DNA of 64,000 nt. Source: Klebsiella phage vB_KaeM_KaOmega. Numbering within the stretch: the stretch's first letter is position 1; every line of letters starts with the position of its first letter. Shown in pieces: positions 7,811 through 16,230 of the stretch. The position numbers were made by a program, and so were the translations under genes. Below the pieces are notes generated by a model that did not search any database, was not told the DNA's origin, and saw nothing but the letters and a program-made list of their open reading frames with translations. The stretch lies in sequence record MN013077.1. One strand, written 5' to 3'.

Positions 7811-8410
7811 GCGTATAAGGTGTATTATGTTAAATGGGGAAATGTTGGGGGAGGCACACCACAGCCCGGCTGTCAATAAGAGAAGTGTAAAGATGGGCAA
7901 GATGGTAGACATTTTGTGACTTTGATCGCGTAAAGTTAGGGGCTACCGATCGGGATTCAAGATTGGGAGGGAGAGGCTAAGTAATTGATTATTAAGGATA
8001 TTTGGGAAAAATAACAGGTGCCCCTCCCCACCCCTGTTCGCCATGCCTGGCAGCTATATCCATACGCTGAGATATTTTTCTGGTTTCTGGGCAAGAAGGG
8101 CCACCCCTGATCGCGTTCTAAAAATTTTGGCGGGAGGGTATTTTGACATAAAAAGAGGGTACACCCAACGGGAGCGCCTCTTCAGGCGTCCCTTGATATT
8201 TGGGCAATGTGGGAATACAGACGGGTACGTCTCTGTGGGAACAGGTATACCCGGCGGGAGAGGGCCTCCCGGACGGGGTATGGCGCTCGCAGAGTTATCA
8301 ACAGGACAGAACACACGTTCGCCTCTTCAGGCAGTGGGTTAGACTCAAGTGGGACTCTTTAGGCCCTGTCAGGTCTACCAGTGTGGGAAACAAAATCCCG
8401 GAGGGAAGAT

Positions 8411-8434
8411 ACAAAAAAGGCCCGCAAAGGGCCT
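8411..8434 (-). terminator. minus-strand rho-independent terminator (GGCCCTTTGCGGGCC + TTTTTT on the minus strand)
   Basis: hairpin 8419-8433 preceded by an A tract on the plus strand; immediately downstream of the 8442 gene end. Confidence 0.65.
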
Positions 8435-8441
8435 ATGTGGA

Positions 8442-8771
8442 TCACCGGATAGGGAAGTGGGCTTCCTTCAGGTTGCAATTGACGTGTCTGCGGATAGCCA
8501 TCCACCCGATGTGACCAAATCCGTTCAGTTCTTCCTCGAACTGCTTCAGCTTCGCCCGGAGGACTGGGTACTCAACCCCAACCTGACCGGAAGATGTTCT
8601 GGTCATACATATAGTGTGGCACAGATCCATTAGGGCCTCGGACCTGCGCTTATTGTTCCGGGTAACCTGACGAATGGCGTTGGCCTTCCTCAGTTCTTTG
8701 ATATCTTTGTTCCAACGGTGGGCAATGGCAGGTCTACAAGGGCAGGTTTGACTCTTCAGGTGTGGTTTCAT
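8442..8771 (-). CDS. hypothetical basic Cys/His-rich protein (109 aa), monocistronic
   Basis: ORF track; RBS-like sequence AGAGGAACACCT; own promoter 8807-8835 and terminator 8411-8434. Confidence 0.55.
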   Translation of the reverse strand: MKPHLKSQTCPCRPAIAHRWNKDIKELRKANAIRQVTRNNKRRSEALMDLCHTICMTRTSSGQVGVEYPVLRAKLKQFEEELNGFGHIGWMAIRRHVNCNLKEAHFPIR

Positions 8772-8806
8772 AGGTGTTCCTCTTTGGCATGTTTGGAATA
8801 TGTGGG

Positions 8807-8835
8807 AAGTATACTGGTGTTTTGGGAAGGAGTCA
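8807..8835 (-). promoter_or_regulatory. minus-strand promoter TTGACT-N17-TATACT directly downstream of the hairpin GGGCCGAAAGGCCC; transcript would begin in a TTCCCACA motif
   Basis: seen in sequence. Confidence 0.5.
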
Positions 8836-8852
8836 AGGGCCTTTCGGCCCTT

Positions 8853-9143
8853 TTATACGATTTCGAAGGATTTGCGAAACAGGTTCATGTGGTCATTGAG
8901 GAAGACCCATGTGGCACTGTCTCCCTGCTCATAATCGTCGTTGTACACAACCACGATATCATATGGTGGGAATTTGTCAGCATATGTGGTGGTCCGGAAC
9001 CTGTAGGCCTGCCCAACCTGGAATCCATGCCCGTTGTGCTCAAGGCACCGGGCAACCCCGAACTCCGGAACAGGGAAGTATAACTGCGTCCATGTGGGTC
9101 GTGGCGGGCGCGTAGGGACGTTCCAACGATATGCCTTAGACAT
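8853..9143 (-). CDS. hypothetical protein (96 aa)
   Basis: ORF track. Confidence 0.55.
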   Translation of the reverse strand: MSKAYRWNVPTRPPRPTWTQLYFPVPEFGVARCLEHNGHGFQVGQAYRFRTTTYADKFPPYDIVVVYNDDYEQGDSATWVFLNDHMNLFRKSFEIV

Positions 9144-9348
9144 TCACTTTCTCCAGCCAAAAGCCGCTCAGATCGGGCCGCAGGGGGTTAATCGGACCAT
9201 CATCACGGATGATGTATTCCGGATTTCCATCGTTGTCGTAGAGCATACGTGCGCCCTCGTCAACGTAGATGTACCGAAGCTCTTTCTGGGTATACCCATA
9301 CTGCGGGTACTGTTCCACAACCTTGACTTCCCGTGATGCATTAGTCAT
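9136..9348 (-). CDS. hypothetical protein (70 aa)
   Basis: ORF track; RBS-like sequence GAGGAGGTAGC. Confidence 0.6.
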   Translation of the reverse strand: MTNASREVKVVEQYPQYGYTQKELRYIYVDEGARMLYDNDGNPEYIIRDDGPINPLRPDLSGFWLEKVNV

Positions 9349-9357
9349 GCTACCTCC

Positions 9358-9558
9358 TCAGTAAATGGTCTTTGCCGCTTCCATTCCGGCGTCAGTGATC
9401 TTCCAGAATGTCCCCTGAATATCTTTACAATACCCCAGCTTTTCAAGGCCCCGCATAGTTCTTGTCGGGGGCTTATCATACACAACCGTCAAATATCCCG
9501 GTCCGTACTGATGTGCAGTCCACAACCTCAGTAACCAATCTTTCTGTGATGGTGTCAT
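9358..9558 (-). CDS. hypothetical protein (66 aa)
   Basis: ORF track 9358..9573; ATG at 9558 is ATGA-coupled. Confidence 0.55.
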   Translation of the reverse strand: MTPSQKDWLLRLWTAHQYGPGYLTVVYDKPPTRTMRGLEKLGYCKDIQGTFWKITDAGMEAAKTIY

Positions 9559-9893
9559 GACGAAGCCTTCCACCCGGCGTTCCAGCCGAAGTCATAGTCA
9601 GTGACGGGTTTTGCGTTCGGTCCTTTATATCCGCCCGGCGGGCAGTCGCCCTCGAAGTGCTTCAAAGCATCAACGTAGCCAACATACCAGTCTCGTGGCT
9701 TATCGTTTGTCGGATACCATGCCTCACGCAAGACGAATTGACGCCACAGTTCCTGGATAGTGGCTACGTGTTCACGGTGGTAATATCCCGAGTTGTAGAG
9801 GTTATGCTCTCCATTATACAGCGCGTCGAAGACGCGCTTCTCCAGCACTACCTCTTCGTCGCTGTCGGGGAGAATTGGCTCGATATTATCCAC
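9555..9893 (-). CDS. hypothetical protein (112 aa), GTG start
   Basis: ORF track; TAAGGAG RBS-like sequence 5 nt upstream of the GTG. Confidence 0.55.
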   Translation of the reverse strand: MDNIEPILPDSDEEVVLEKRVFDALYNGEHNLYNSGYYHREHVATIQELWRQFVLREAWYPTNDKPRDWYVGYVDALKHFEGDCPPGGYKGPNAKPVTDYDFGWNAGWKASS

Positions 9894-9902
9894 AGAAACT
9901 CC

Positions 9903-10178
9903 TTAGTTATCAACAGGTTCGCCACTATGGCGGGTTGTTGGAATCAGCACCGCTTGTTGACCTACGCCTACCACAATTTGGAAACGTGGATCACGCCGTG
10001 GGTCTGGTTTCGCCAACATTTCCCGCAACTCGTCCGGGTTAGCTTCCCGGTACGTGTAGTTCAAGTCGGTTATGATGCAGAACGTTTCGGCAATCTCTCT
10101 TGCTATTTCCTTGTCCGGGCAAACTGCAAGCAGCTTTCCTGACGGGTCCAGTATGCTGTGTGCTGCGAGATCCATCAC
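9903..10178 (-). CDS. hypothetical protein (91 aa)
   Basis: ORF track. Confidence 0.55.
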   Translation of the reverse strand: MMDLAAHSILDPSGKLLAVCPDKEIAREIAETFCIITDLNYTYREANPDELREMLAKPDPRRDPRFQIVVGVGQQAVLIPTTRHSGEPVDN

Positions 10179-10366
10179 AAAACCTCCGGGGGTGTGTAGT
10201 CACACTCCAGCAGGGCCAGAAGCTGATTCAGCTTCAGGTGCCCGGTGATCACGTGCTTCTCTTCCGACAGGTCTTCTTTTGAAGTCAGGAAGACGACGGT
10301 AATCGGCAGCGAACGCTCACAAGACTGATAGAAGTGAGTCAGAACTTTGTCATTTCTCATCAGCAA
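10175..10366 (-). CDS. hypothetical protein (63 aa)
   Basis: ORF track; ATGA overlap. Confidence 0.5.
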   Translation of the reverse strand: MLMRNDKVLTHFYQSCERSLPITVVFLTSKEDLSEEKHVITGHLKLNQLLALLECDYTPPEVL

Positions 10367-10560
10367 TCTCCCAGACGCCGCATGAAGCTGGCTACGTCAT
10401 CTTCGTTCGCCGGGCGGATAATGACCACGAGATGACCACGATACTTCCGGGCCACGAACTCTGCCTGACCCCAGTTGTACGTCATGGCACGGATGTTCCC
10501 GTTGATGTCCTCGATAACGTGAGGGACGTTCAGTGTTTCTTCAGTTGGTGTATAACTCAT
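10360..10560 (-). CDS. hypothetical protein (66 aa)
   Basis: ORF track. Confidence 0.55.
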   Translation of the reverse strand: MSYTPTEETLNVPHVIEDINGNIRAMTYNWGQAEFVARKYRGHLVVIIRPANEDDVASFMRRLGDC

Positions 10561-10769
10561 TGTTTATCCTCCAATTCCGCCAATCGGGCGGTGTCTCGTG
10601 CGATACGTTCTTTGAGCAGGGCAATCTCCCGATCGCGGTGCTCTTCGTCTGTTGCCAGGGGGTACTCCACAACCAGTCCGGTAGACAGGATCTTCAGTTC
10701 GGTACGGTGCCCGTTGGCATAGTGAATGATACGGGTCCCGGCCTTGTACATCTTCTCCAAATCCTTCAT
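10557..10769 (-). CDS. hypothetical protein (70 aa)
   Basis: ORF track 10557..10880; ATG at 10769 with GGAGGG RBS-like sequence. Confidence 0.5.
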   Translation of the reverse strand: MKDLEKMYKAGTRIIHYANGHRTELKILSTGLVVEYPLATDEEHRDREIALLKERIARDTARLAELEDKQ

Positions 10770-10903
10770 AGTCCCTCCACAATCGTGCAGTACCCGGCGA
10801 AGGCGAAGATCGCCGCCAGTAGGCCCCAAGACAGCCATGCGTACCACGCAGGCCATAGTAGATAGTCGCAGTTCTCCCATGCGGCGTTAGGGTTGTCATT
10901 CAT
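10766..10903 (-). CDS. possible small membrane protein (45 aa) MNDNPNAAWENCDYLLWPAWYAWLSWGLLAAIFAFAGYCTIVEGL
   Basis: manual ORF; ATGA overlaps at both ends; GAGGAAG RBS-like sequence. Confidence 0.4.
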   Translation of the reverse strand: MNDNPNAAWENCDYLLWPAWYAWLSWGLLAAIFAFAGYCTIVEGL

Positions 10904-11079
10904 ACCAGCTTCCTCTTCTTCGCCTGATCCTGGAGGGTTTCAAACAGGTACATGACCTTCTCATCACGCTCCCAAGCCTCGCCCCGGCGAGCGCTGAGAT
11001 GGTTCAAGGTCTCCATCAGGTGTGCGTCGCCCATGCGATCTACGCGACCTGAGATACCCTTCTTATAGTCTTCTGTCAT
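10900..11079 (-). CDS. possible small protein (59 aa) MTEDYKKGISGRVDRMGDAHLMETLNHL...
   Basis: manual ORF; ATGA overlaps at both ends. Confidence 0.45.
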   Translation of the reverse strand: MTEDYKKGISGRVDRMGDAHLMETLNHLSARRGEAWERDEKVMYLFETLQDQAKKRKLV

Positions 11080-11261
11080 TCCACGAGTCCCCTTTTCCCA
11101 GCTTCACGCAGAAGCTCTGCCAGTACCCCCTCCGGCTTACCGTCGGAGTCTTTCCGTTGCCAAGTAACGCTCACCTTGGCAAGCTGAACGTACAGGCTAA
11201 GTTTTTCGTCAGACAGGGCCTTGATTCTGACCTTTAGTAGTTCCAGTTCTTCCTCTGTCAC
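11076..11261 (-). CDS. hypothetical acidic protein (about 61 aa), GTG start
   Basis: ORF track 11076..11291; GAGGAG RBS-like sequence 6 nt before the GTG. Confidence 0.45.
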   Translation of the reverse strand: MTEEELELLKVRIKALSDEKLSLYVQLAKVSVTWQRKDSDGKPEGVLAELLREAGKRGLVE

Positions 11262-11289
11262 AATCTTCTCCTCTTCAGTTGATATGCCC

Positions 11290-11321
11290 AATATACACCC
11301 ATATGTTTACGCTGTAAACAT
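11290..11321 (-). promoter_or_regulatory. minus-strand promoter (TTTACA-N18-TATATT) overlapped by the perfect palindrome ATGTTTAC-GCT-GTAAACAT (11303-11321); candidate operator
   Basis: seen in sequence. Confidence 0.45.
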
Positions 11322-11359
11322 GTTTCGAAGTATTTGTCGAAAAAAGTGTATTTCTTAAA

Positions 11360-11395
11360 CATGAAAACCGCCCGGAAGGGGCGGTTGCGGTTTAT
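11360..11395. terminator. bidirectional terminator AACCGCCCGGAAGGGGCGGTT
   Basis: GC hairpin with T-rich flanks on both strands; member of the recurring AACCGCCC..GGGCGGTT family. Confidence 0.6.
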
Positions 11396-11595
11396 TTGCG
11401 GAAGATTTCCACCTGTACCGGGTCGTATGCCCCTTCAGGATTGAACGGGTGTCTCCAGCACGAGAACAGGTTTTGGTCATCCTTGCTGTCCTTGATGCGT
11501 TTCCGAACCTCTTTGAGACTGGTGAAGTACCCGATGTGGACGATGTAGTCTTCTTCCAGGATAAGATACTCAAGCTCATACAGATATGCTTTCAT
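11392..11595 (-). CDS. hypothetical protein (67 aa)
   Basis: ORF track; GGAGAATGAC RBS-like sequence. Confidence 0.55.
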   Translation of the reverse strand: MKAYLYELEYLILEEDYIVHIGYFTSLKEVRKRIKDSKDDQNLFSCWRHPFNPEGAYDPVQVEIFRK

Positions 11596-11596
11596 G

Positions 11597-12067
11597 TCAT
11601 TCTCCGTATTTTGCTTTCAGGCGGGCCAACTGGGCGCGTTCCTCGATCTCCCGACGTTCAGCCGCCTGCTGTTCTGCCTTTTCTGCACGGAGGCGCTGTG
11701 CCTCCCGATGGTCCACCAAACGAGCATCGTACTTGCGCTTGGCGATGATCTCTGCATCCTCCAGCATCAACTGCCGCTCGGCAGAATATTTCTCATAATC
11801 TTCGTCAGAGATTTCATCAACCGCATAAGAAGATCCGAAGTAGCCGTTAATTCCCAGAGTGATGTCCGCCCCGGCGGTAAACTCGTAGTCCTTGTTCAGG
11901 CTACGATCCTGGGCCACAGTGTCCAGATAGATGGCATGAGCCAGTAACTCAATTGCCTGTTCCCGAGACTGAGTTGACTGAAGGGTCATATCGCTGTCAG
12001 TGCGACCTTCGCAGTAGCCTCCACGGTAAACGGCATCATTCTCACGATAAGAAATAATTGTGTACAT
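11597..12067 (-). CDS. hypothetical protein (156 aa) with charged coiled-coil C-terminus
   Basis: ORF track 11597..12088; ATG at 12067 is TAATG-coupled. Confidence 0.55.
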   Translation of the reverse strand: MYTIISYRENDAVYRGGYCEGRTDSDMTLQSTQSREQAIELLAHAIYLDTVAQDRSLNKDYEFTAGADITLGINGYFGSSYAVDEISDEDYEKYSAERQLMLEDAEIIAKRKYDARLVDHREAQRLRAEKAEQQAAERREIEERAQLARLKAKYGE

Positions 12068-12267
12068 TAGAACCCCTGTTTTGTCCAAGGCAGTATCATA
12101 TGGAACTGCCTGATTGTAAATTCTACGCCGGGGTTAGCCTTAGCCAAGGCCCCGAGGTTATGTGCTGCCACGTGCATGGAGGTGTAGACACAAAACTGCC
12201 CATCGATCTGGACAACTGCATCATGACCTTTTCGAGTTATGGCAAAAGATTCATGGTAACCGCCCAT
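12067..12267 (-). CDS. hypothetical protein (66 aa)
   Basis: ORF track 12067..12315; ATG at 12267 with GGAGG RBS-like sequence. Confidence 0.45.
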   Translation of the reverse strand: MGGYHESFAITRKGHDAVVQIDGQFCVYTSMHVAAHNLGALAKANPGVEFTIRQFHMILPWTKQGF

Positions 12268-12499
12268 CGGCAACCTCCACATAATCGGCATCAGGGGCGG
12301 CAAGCACATCTGCAAGTTCTTGATTTCTCAGGTCAAGCTCTCTCTGACACTCATCGCCCCAGCGGCGAACATAACTTTTCCCACGGACTGCCGCAGGCTC
12401 AGGGTTACGACGCAGGTAACCTTTCACAAAGTCAACCTCTTCTTTCAGTCGCTCATCGGTGAGCGCCTTAACGTCCTTACGGATACCGAAACCTGCCAT
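12251..12499 (-). CDS. hypothetical protein (82 aa)
   Basis: ORF track 12251..12535; ATG at 12499 with GGAGGG RBS-like sequence. Confidence 0.5.
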   Translation of the reverse strand: MAGFGIRKDVKALTDERLKEEVDFVKGYLRRNPEPAAVRGKSYVRRWGDECQRELDLRNQELADVLAAPDADYVEVADGRLP

Positions 12500-12500
12500 A

Positions 12501-12776
12501 TCACCCTCCGCAGTATTTGTTGACTGGTTCACCATTGATGTCTAAATCGGTGATTACGTGTTGAGGGCCAGTATAGTCCTCCGCCAGTTTCTTTGCAACC
12601 CTTTTCGCTTCGTCCAAGGTTTCAAAATCCTTGATGTCGGGGTCGCCGTGGGAGTAATGCTGCTGGACATACTGCCAGAAGGGCCACCAGAAGCCTCTGT
12701 TATACTTCACCCGGTAATACTCGACCACCCGCCCGTTGGCGAAGGTCTTTACGTTCTTCTCAATCAGAATTTTCAT
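12501..12776 (-). CDS. hypothetical protein (91 aa)
   Basis: ORF track. Confidence 0.55.
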   Translation of the reverse strand: MKILIEKNVKTFANGRVVEYYRVKYNRGFWWPFWQYVQQHYSHGDPDIKDFETLDEAKRVAKKLAEDYTGPQHVITDLDINGEPVNKYCGG

Positions 12777-12779
12777 TTG

Positions 12780-13097
12780 TCACCACGATATTTTCACGTT
12801 ATGCCCCAGATTTCCTACTTGGACGTCATAACCCGCATCGAAAAACCTCTTCGACACGTACCTCATTTCTTCCAAACTCTCCGCAGAGTGCATGATCGAT
12901 CTTTTGGCGTCCCGATCTCCACACTTGGCGTTCTCAACGAGAGAATTTATCATAATGACCGTCCCGAAAATCTTCTCCTCCCACTTGGAGGGTACGCCCG
13001 TAGGATACTTTTTCCGGATATCCTTTGCAGGAGGTATGTTAACTTGAATGTTATCCGGGTTCAATCCCTCGTCCTTTGCTGTTTTCCACCACGCCAT
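12780..13097 (-). CDS. hypothetical protein (105 aa)
   Basis: ORF track; GGAGGAAAAAATG. Confidence 0.6.
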   Translation of the reverse strand: MAWWKTAKDEGLNPDNIQVNIPPAKDIRKKYPTGVPSKWEEKIFGTVIMINSLVENAKCGDRDAKRSIMHSAESLEEMRYVSKRFFDAGYDVQVGNLGHNVKISW

Positions 13098-13221
13098 TTT
13101 TTCCTCCGAGTGCCATTATTTTGAAGTTTTCTGTAGAAAAGTGCCAGAATTTTGACTTTTACGTGCAAAAATGGCACCTTTTTACATGATTTGTGCAGGA
13201 TACCTGAAAATAAGCCCAAAA

Positions 13222-13449
13222 TCAACGATTTTTGATAAATTGATAGCCCGGAACCTTCAAAAAGGCAATTTGCTTTTCCACCTGCTCCATGACGAACTTT
13301 GCCCACTCCGGATAGACTGTTTCGAAGAAAGCCATCTCTTCCTTGTCGTACAGGAAGCTGTCACTCAGTTGGTGGACAAAATCTATCACCTCTTCAGGGC
13401 AAAATATTGCCACAGTCCCCTCTTTTACCTCCAATTCAAGTATTTTCAT
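13222..13449 (-). CDS. hypothetical acidic protein (75 aa)
   Basis: ORF track; ATGA overlap. Confidence 0.55.
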   Translation of the reverse strand: MKILELEVKEGTVAIFCPEEVIDFVHQLSDSFLYDKEEMAFFETVYPEWAKFVMEQVEKQIAFLKVPGYQFIKNR

Positions 13450-13682
13450 ACGGCTACGAATCCATCCTCGTTCATGAGTACGTGGTTCGGTGCCCAGAAA
13501 TTGTGCCGGGACTCAAGCCACAGGTAGAATCGACGCTTGCGGGACAACGGGTGTGGCTCTGTCTCGTAGGAAACGAGGGCCGTTCGGCCCTTATTCTTCC
13601 CACGCAGGATACGCACACGCTGATCCTTTTTCCACTGGCACGGCACCCGTGGAGAGTCGTAGCATTTAGGCAGACATTCCAT
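13446..13682 (-). CDS. small protein with a KOW-like motif (78 aa; RVRILRGKNKGRTALV)
   Basis: ORF track 13446..13727; ATG at 13682; motif resembles the KOW motif of L24/NusG. Confidence 0.45.
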   Translation of the reverse strand: MECLPKCYDSPRVPCQWKKDQRVRILRGKNKGRTALVSYETEPHPLSRKRRFYLWLESRHNFWAPNHVLMNEDGFVAV

Positions 13683-14178
13683 GATATGGCCCCTTTCCGC
13701 AGAACCTTTCCCAGAGCGCAGAGTCAATACCGTGTAGCCCCGGCAGCAGTTCTGTGAGTTGTGGTGTTATGCCGGGATACAGAAACTCCAGCATCTCCAG
13801 TTCTTCGTTCTGAATGTCTCGACAATCCAAGAAGAACTCTGTCATCTTTATCGGCGGTTGCCACACCTTTCCGATCCTGCGTTTCAGGAACACATCCCCG
13901 CCGGGCATAGCCATCCAGGCTATCCTGTCCAGCTTCCCCGTTGTGGAAATACTGAAATGTGTTGGCACCGATGTGACTGTACCACCCAAGTATGGGCCGA
14001 TATCGAAACGGAACTTAATGGCGGGTTTGCCGACGTTCTGCACGACACGGTTATCCTTGCGGTAGCCTCCGTTTCCTGTGAAGATCAAGTTCCCGACGTA
14101 TTTACGCCGGGTCAGATCGCGCCATGTCCACTCCTTGAACAGCTTGTGCAGAGTGGTTTTAGTCATCCGTGGAATCAT
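13666..14178 (-). CDS. hypothetical protein (170 aa)
   Basis: ORF track 13666..14214; ATG at 14178 with GGAGGAAAG RBS-like sequence. Confidence 0.55.
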   Translation of the reverse strand: MIPRMTKTTLHKLFKEWTWRDLTRRKYVGNLIFTGNGGYRKDNRVVQNVGKPAIKFRFDIGPYLGGTVTSVPTHFSISTTGKLDRIAWMAMPGGDVFLKRRIGKVWQPPIKMTEFFLDCRDIQNEELEMLEFLYPGITPQLTELLPGLHGIDSALWERFCGKGPYHGMSA

Positions 14179-14306
14179 TACTTTCCTCCGGTAGGATCTC
14201 AAATTTGGCAACACCCAGCACCACTACGTGGCCCAAAGACAGGACTCCTGTCCAAGGTGTACCGTTACGTTTGGGTCGGGTCCCTTCAACGTCACAGAAG
14301 CCGTTT

Positions 14307-14639
14307 TTAAGCTCCGTGGATGTGAAAATCTGACCCTTTGGAAACACCTTGTTGAAATCCGTAATTACGTTCGTACATCTCAGCTTCACGATTCATCTCC
14401 TCGTACTCAATAGCCACGGCTTTCTGCCACTCTTTCACGTGCGGGCTAATAGCATCTACCACGAGGCAGGCCCGCTGCCGAAGGGTTTCAGAGAAGCGCC
14501 CGGAGTTCTGGGTTTCCTGCGTGATCGCTGACACCTCAATATCCAAATCTTTGCCGACAAACCCCTTACGGTACATGTCGTGGGCCTCCACGGCAATGGC
14601 TTCCCACAGGTGCCAGTGCATATCTTCTACTTGCATCAA
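14307..14639 (-). CDS. hypothetical protein (110 aa)
   Basis: ORF track. Confidence 0.55.
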   Translation of the reverse strand: MMQVEDMHWHLWEAIAVEAHDMYRKGFVGKDLDIEVSAITQETQNSGRFSETLRQRACLVVDAISPHVKEWQKAVAIEYEEMNREAEMYERNYGFQQGVSKGSDFHIHGA

Positions 14640-14869
14640 TAAACCCTCCTTCCGGTTTCCAAAGACATTTCAATCGCCTCGATATCATGAGACGCCGCTG
14701 TGATATTTGCCGAATGTTCAACACGTTGCCAAGGTGTGTACTCATCCGTGTAAACGTCAGTTCTGTTCAGCTTGTCCAGCCAATCCTTCAGGAGCGAAAG
14801 CTCCACCTTCAATTGTTGCCGCTCATAACTATCAAGCACCTTCCCCGCAGGGATATTACTGTTCGACAT
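14636..14869 (-). CDS. hypothetical protein (77 aa)
   Basis: ORF track 14636..14902; ATG at 14869 with GGGAGGG RBS-like sequence. Confidence 0.5.
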   Translation of the reverse strand: MSNSNIPAGKVLDSYERQQLKVELSLLKDWLDKLNRTDVYTDEYTPWQRVEHSANITAASHDIEAIEMSLETGRRVY

Positions 14870-14965
14870 AACCCTCCCGTATCCCCTCCAGAGGATAATC
14901 AATTACTTATCCCGTAAAAGGGATAACCGACATGACTAGTATACACGACTGAATCTGGATTGCAA

Positions 14966-14992
14966 GCAATAAAAAACCGCCCGAAGGCGGTT
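14966..14992 (-). terminator. terminator AACCGCCCGAAGGCGGTT (minus strand: hairpin followed by TTTTTTATTG)
   Basis: immediately after the stop of the 14992..16179 gene. Confidence 0.65.
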
Positions 14993-16179
14993 TAAAGAAG
15001 GGAGGAAGTGTCCAGCAGAGTCCAGTCTCTAACGATGCCGCTCTCAATCCCCGGCAAGAGTCCGTTTGTGGCGTTCCCTGCACCGTAGAGGTTGCCGTTT
15101 TCCAAATAATAGCTCTGGTAAACGTTAGCTCTCGACATATACCAATTTCTGGACGGGTTCATGGTCGCCGATGGCATTTCTACAAAGGTCCCCTTGTAAG
15201 CGCCGTTTGTCCAAGTTGGGTCTCCGGAACTACCTACAGCATTCGATGGCGGGTTGTTCCCTGTACACCACCACTTACCATCGGCATTTAGGAACTTAGC
15301 CATGTAAGATCCAACAGCGAAAGTGGAGTCCTCTATCGAGATATTTGGGGCTGCAACAATCGCCGGGGTCGGATAGTTTGCGTTTGCCCCTATCCCCCTC
15401 CCGATGGAACCGGACGATTGGAAACCGTTTGACCAAATTTGGTGGTAATTCGGCATCGTCGCGTGCGCTCTCAATGTGAACAACGCCTGGTTTCCGCCAA
15501 CAATTTTCTTGTTAAGGTTGTTCGTCAAAGAGGGTATAAAGGTCAGAGCCGTGTTGGCATTTGTTGATCCACCAAGCTGACCACCCGCACCGAATCCCCA
15601 TCCACCAACCCTACCGTCACTCAACAAGACCCATGTTGTGTCTGAAACATCGAATGGAAACGCAACCTGGAGTATTTCAACGCCAACTGTTGGAGATCCC
15701 ACATTTACCCATGCGTTTTTCTGACTCAATGTGTTTCCTGAGCCACAAGCCCCGTACTGATTTGTCCCTCTCAGCTTCAGTAGTGTGCCACCATTATGCA
15801 GGAGAGCAAACGTGAAGTTAGAAATTTGCCAGTCTTTAAGTCCGGCAGCAGAAATATCAATCTGGCTAGTGATATCTGTTGCTGTGATAAGTTGTGCGGC
15901 AAGAGATCCAAAGTAATTGTTTACTCCGACCATCTTCCACCGTTCAGTATTAGTCCTCCAGACAACCGTCCTGTAGGCGCATCTGAACTCTTTCACATCG
16001 GACCCAAGAAGGGTCCAAGTAGTGACCGCAGCACCAGTTCCGCTCGTATAGGCATCTGTTATTACGTATAAGTTACCGGATGATGTTAGCGCGGCAATTC
16101 CGTTGCCGATCATCCCCATTTCTACAATCTTCCCGGCGGGAGGTGGGACTTTACCTCCGGACATCATCAATTCAAGCAT
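14992..16179 (-). CDS. Gly/Ser/Thr/Asn-rich beta-type protein (395 aa), tail-fibre-/adhesin-like in composition
   Basis: ORF track; AGGAGGATTTATG RBS-like sequence; low-complexity G/S/T/N-rich sequence with many aromatic residues. Confidence 0.6.
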   Translation of the reverse strand: MLELMMSGGKVPPPAGKIVEMGMIGNGIAALTSSGNLYVITDAYTSGTGAAVTTWTLLGSDVKEFRCAYRTVVWRTNTERWKMVGVNNYFGSLAAQLITATDITSQIDISAAGLKDWQISNFTFALLHNGGTLLKLRGTNQYGACGSGNTLSQKNAWVNVGSPTVGVEILQVAFPFDVSDTTWVLLSDGRVGGWGFGAGGQLGGSTNANTALTFIPSLTNNLNKKIVGGNQALFTLRAHATMPNYHQIWSNGFQSSGSIGRGIGANANYPTPAIVAAPNISIEDSTFAVGSYMAKFLNADGKWWCTGNNPPSNAVGSSGDPTWTNGAYKGTFVEMPSATMNPSRNWYMSRANVYQSYYLENGNLYGAGNATNGLLPGIESGIVRDWTLLDTSSLL

Positions 16180-16230
16180 AAATCCTCCTGTGAAAAGGTA
16201 ATTTTATCACACATCCCTGTGAAATTCACC

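Noticed and set aside
8043-8633. Several overlapping 86-104 aa ORFs on both strands in the repeat-rich non-coding hub (8043-8342+, 8054-8314-, 8200-8514+, 8349-8633+)
   Set aside because: They are Pro/Arg/Gly-rich low-complexity translations of a GC-rich repeat region. They overlap one another, lack RBS-like sequences, and the area is full of hairpins, repeats and a minus-strand terminator.
10564-10899. 111-aa minus-strand ORF (Arg/Pro/Gly-rich) overlapping three small coupled genes
   Set aside because: It is the alternative frame of a region better explained by three ATGA-coupled small ORFs with RBS-like sequences, and its composition is typical of an off-frame translation.
14159-14389. 76-aa minus-strand ORF starting with GTG inside the 14307-14639 gene and running through the 128-nt gap to the next gene
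   Set aside because: No ATG and no RBS-like sequence. Most of it lies in another gene's frame, and the gap contains a hairpin (GACAGGACTCCTGTC) more consistent with a regulatory spacer.
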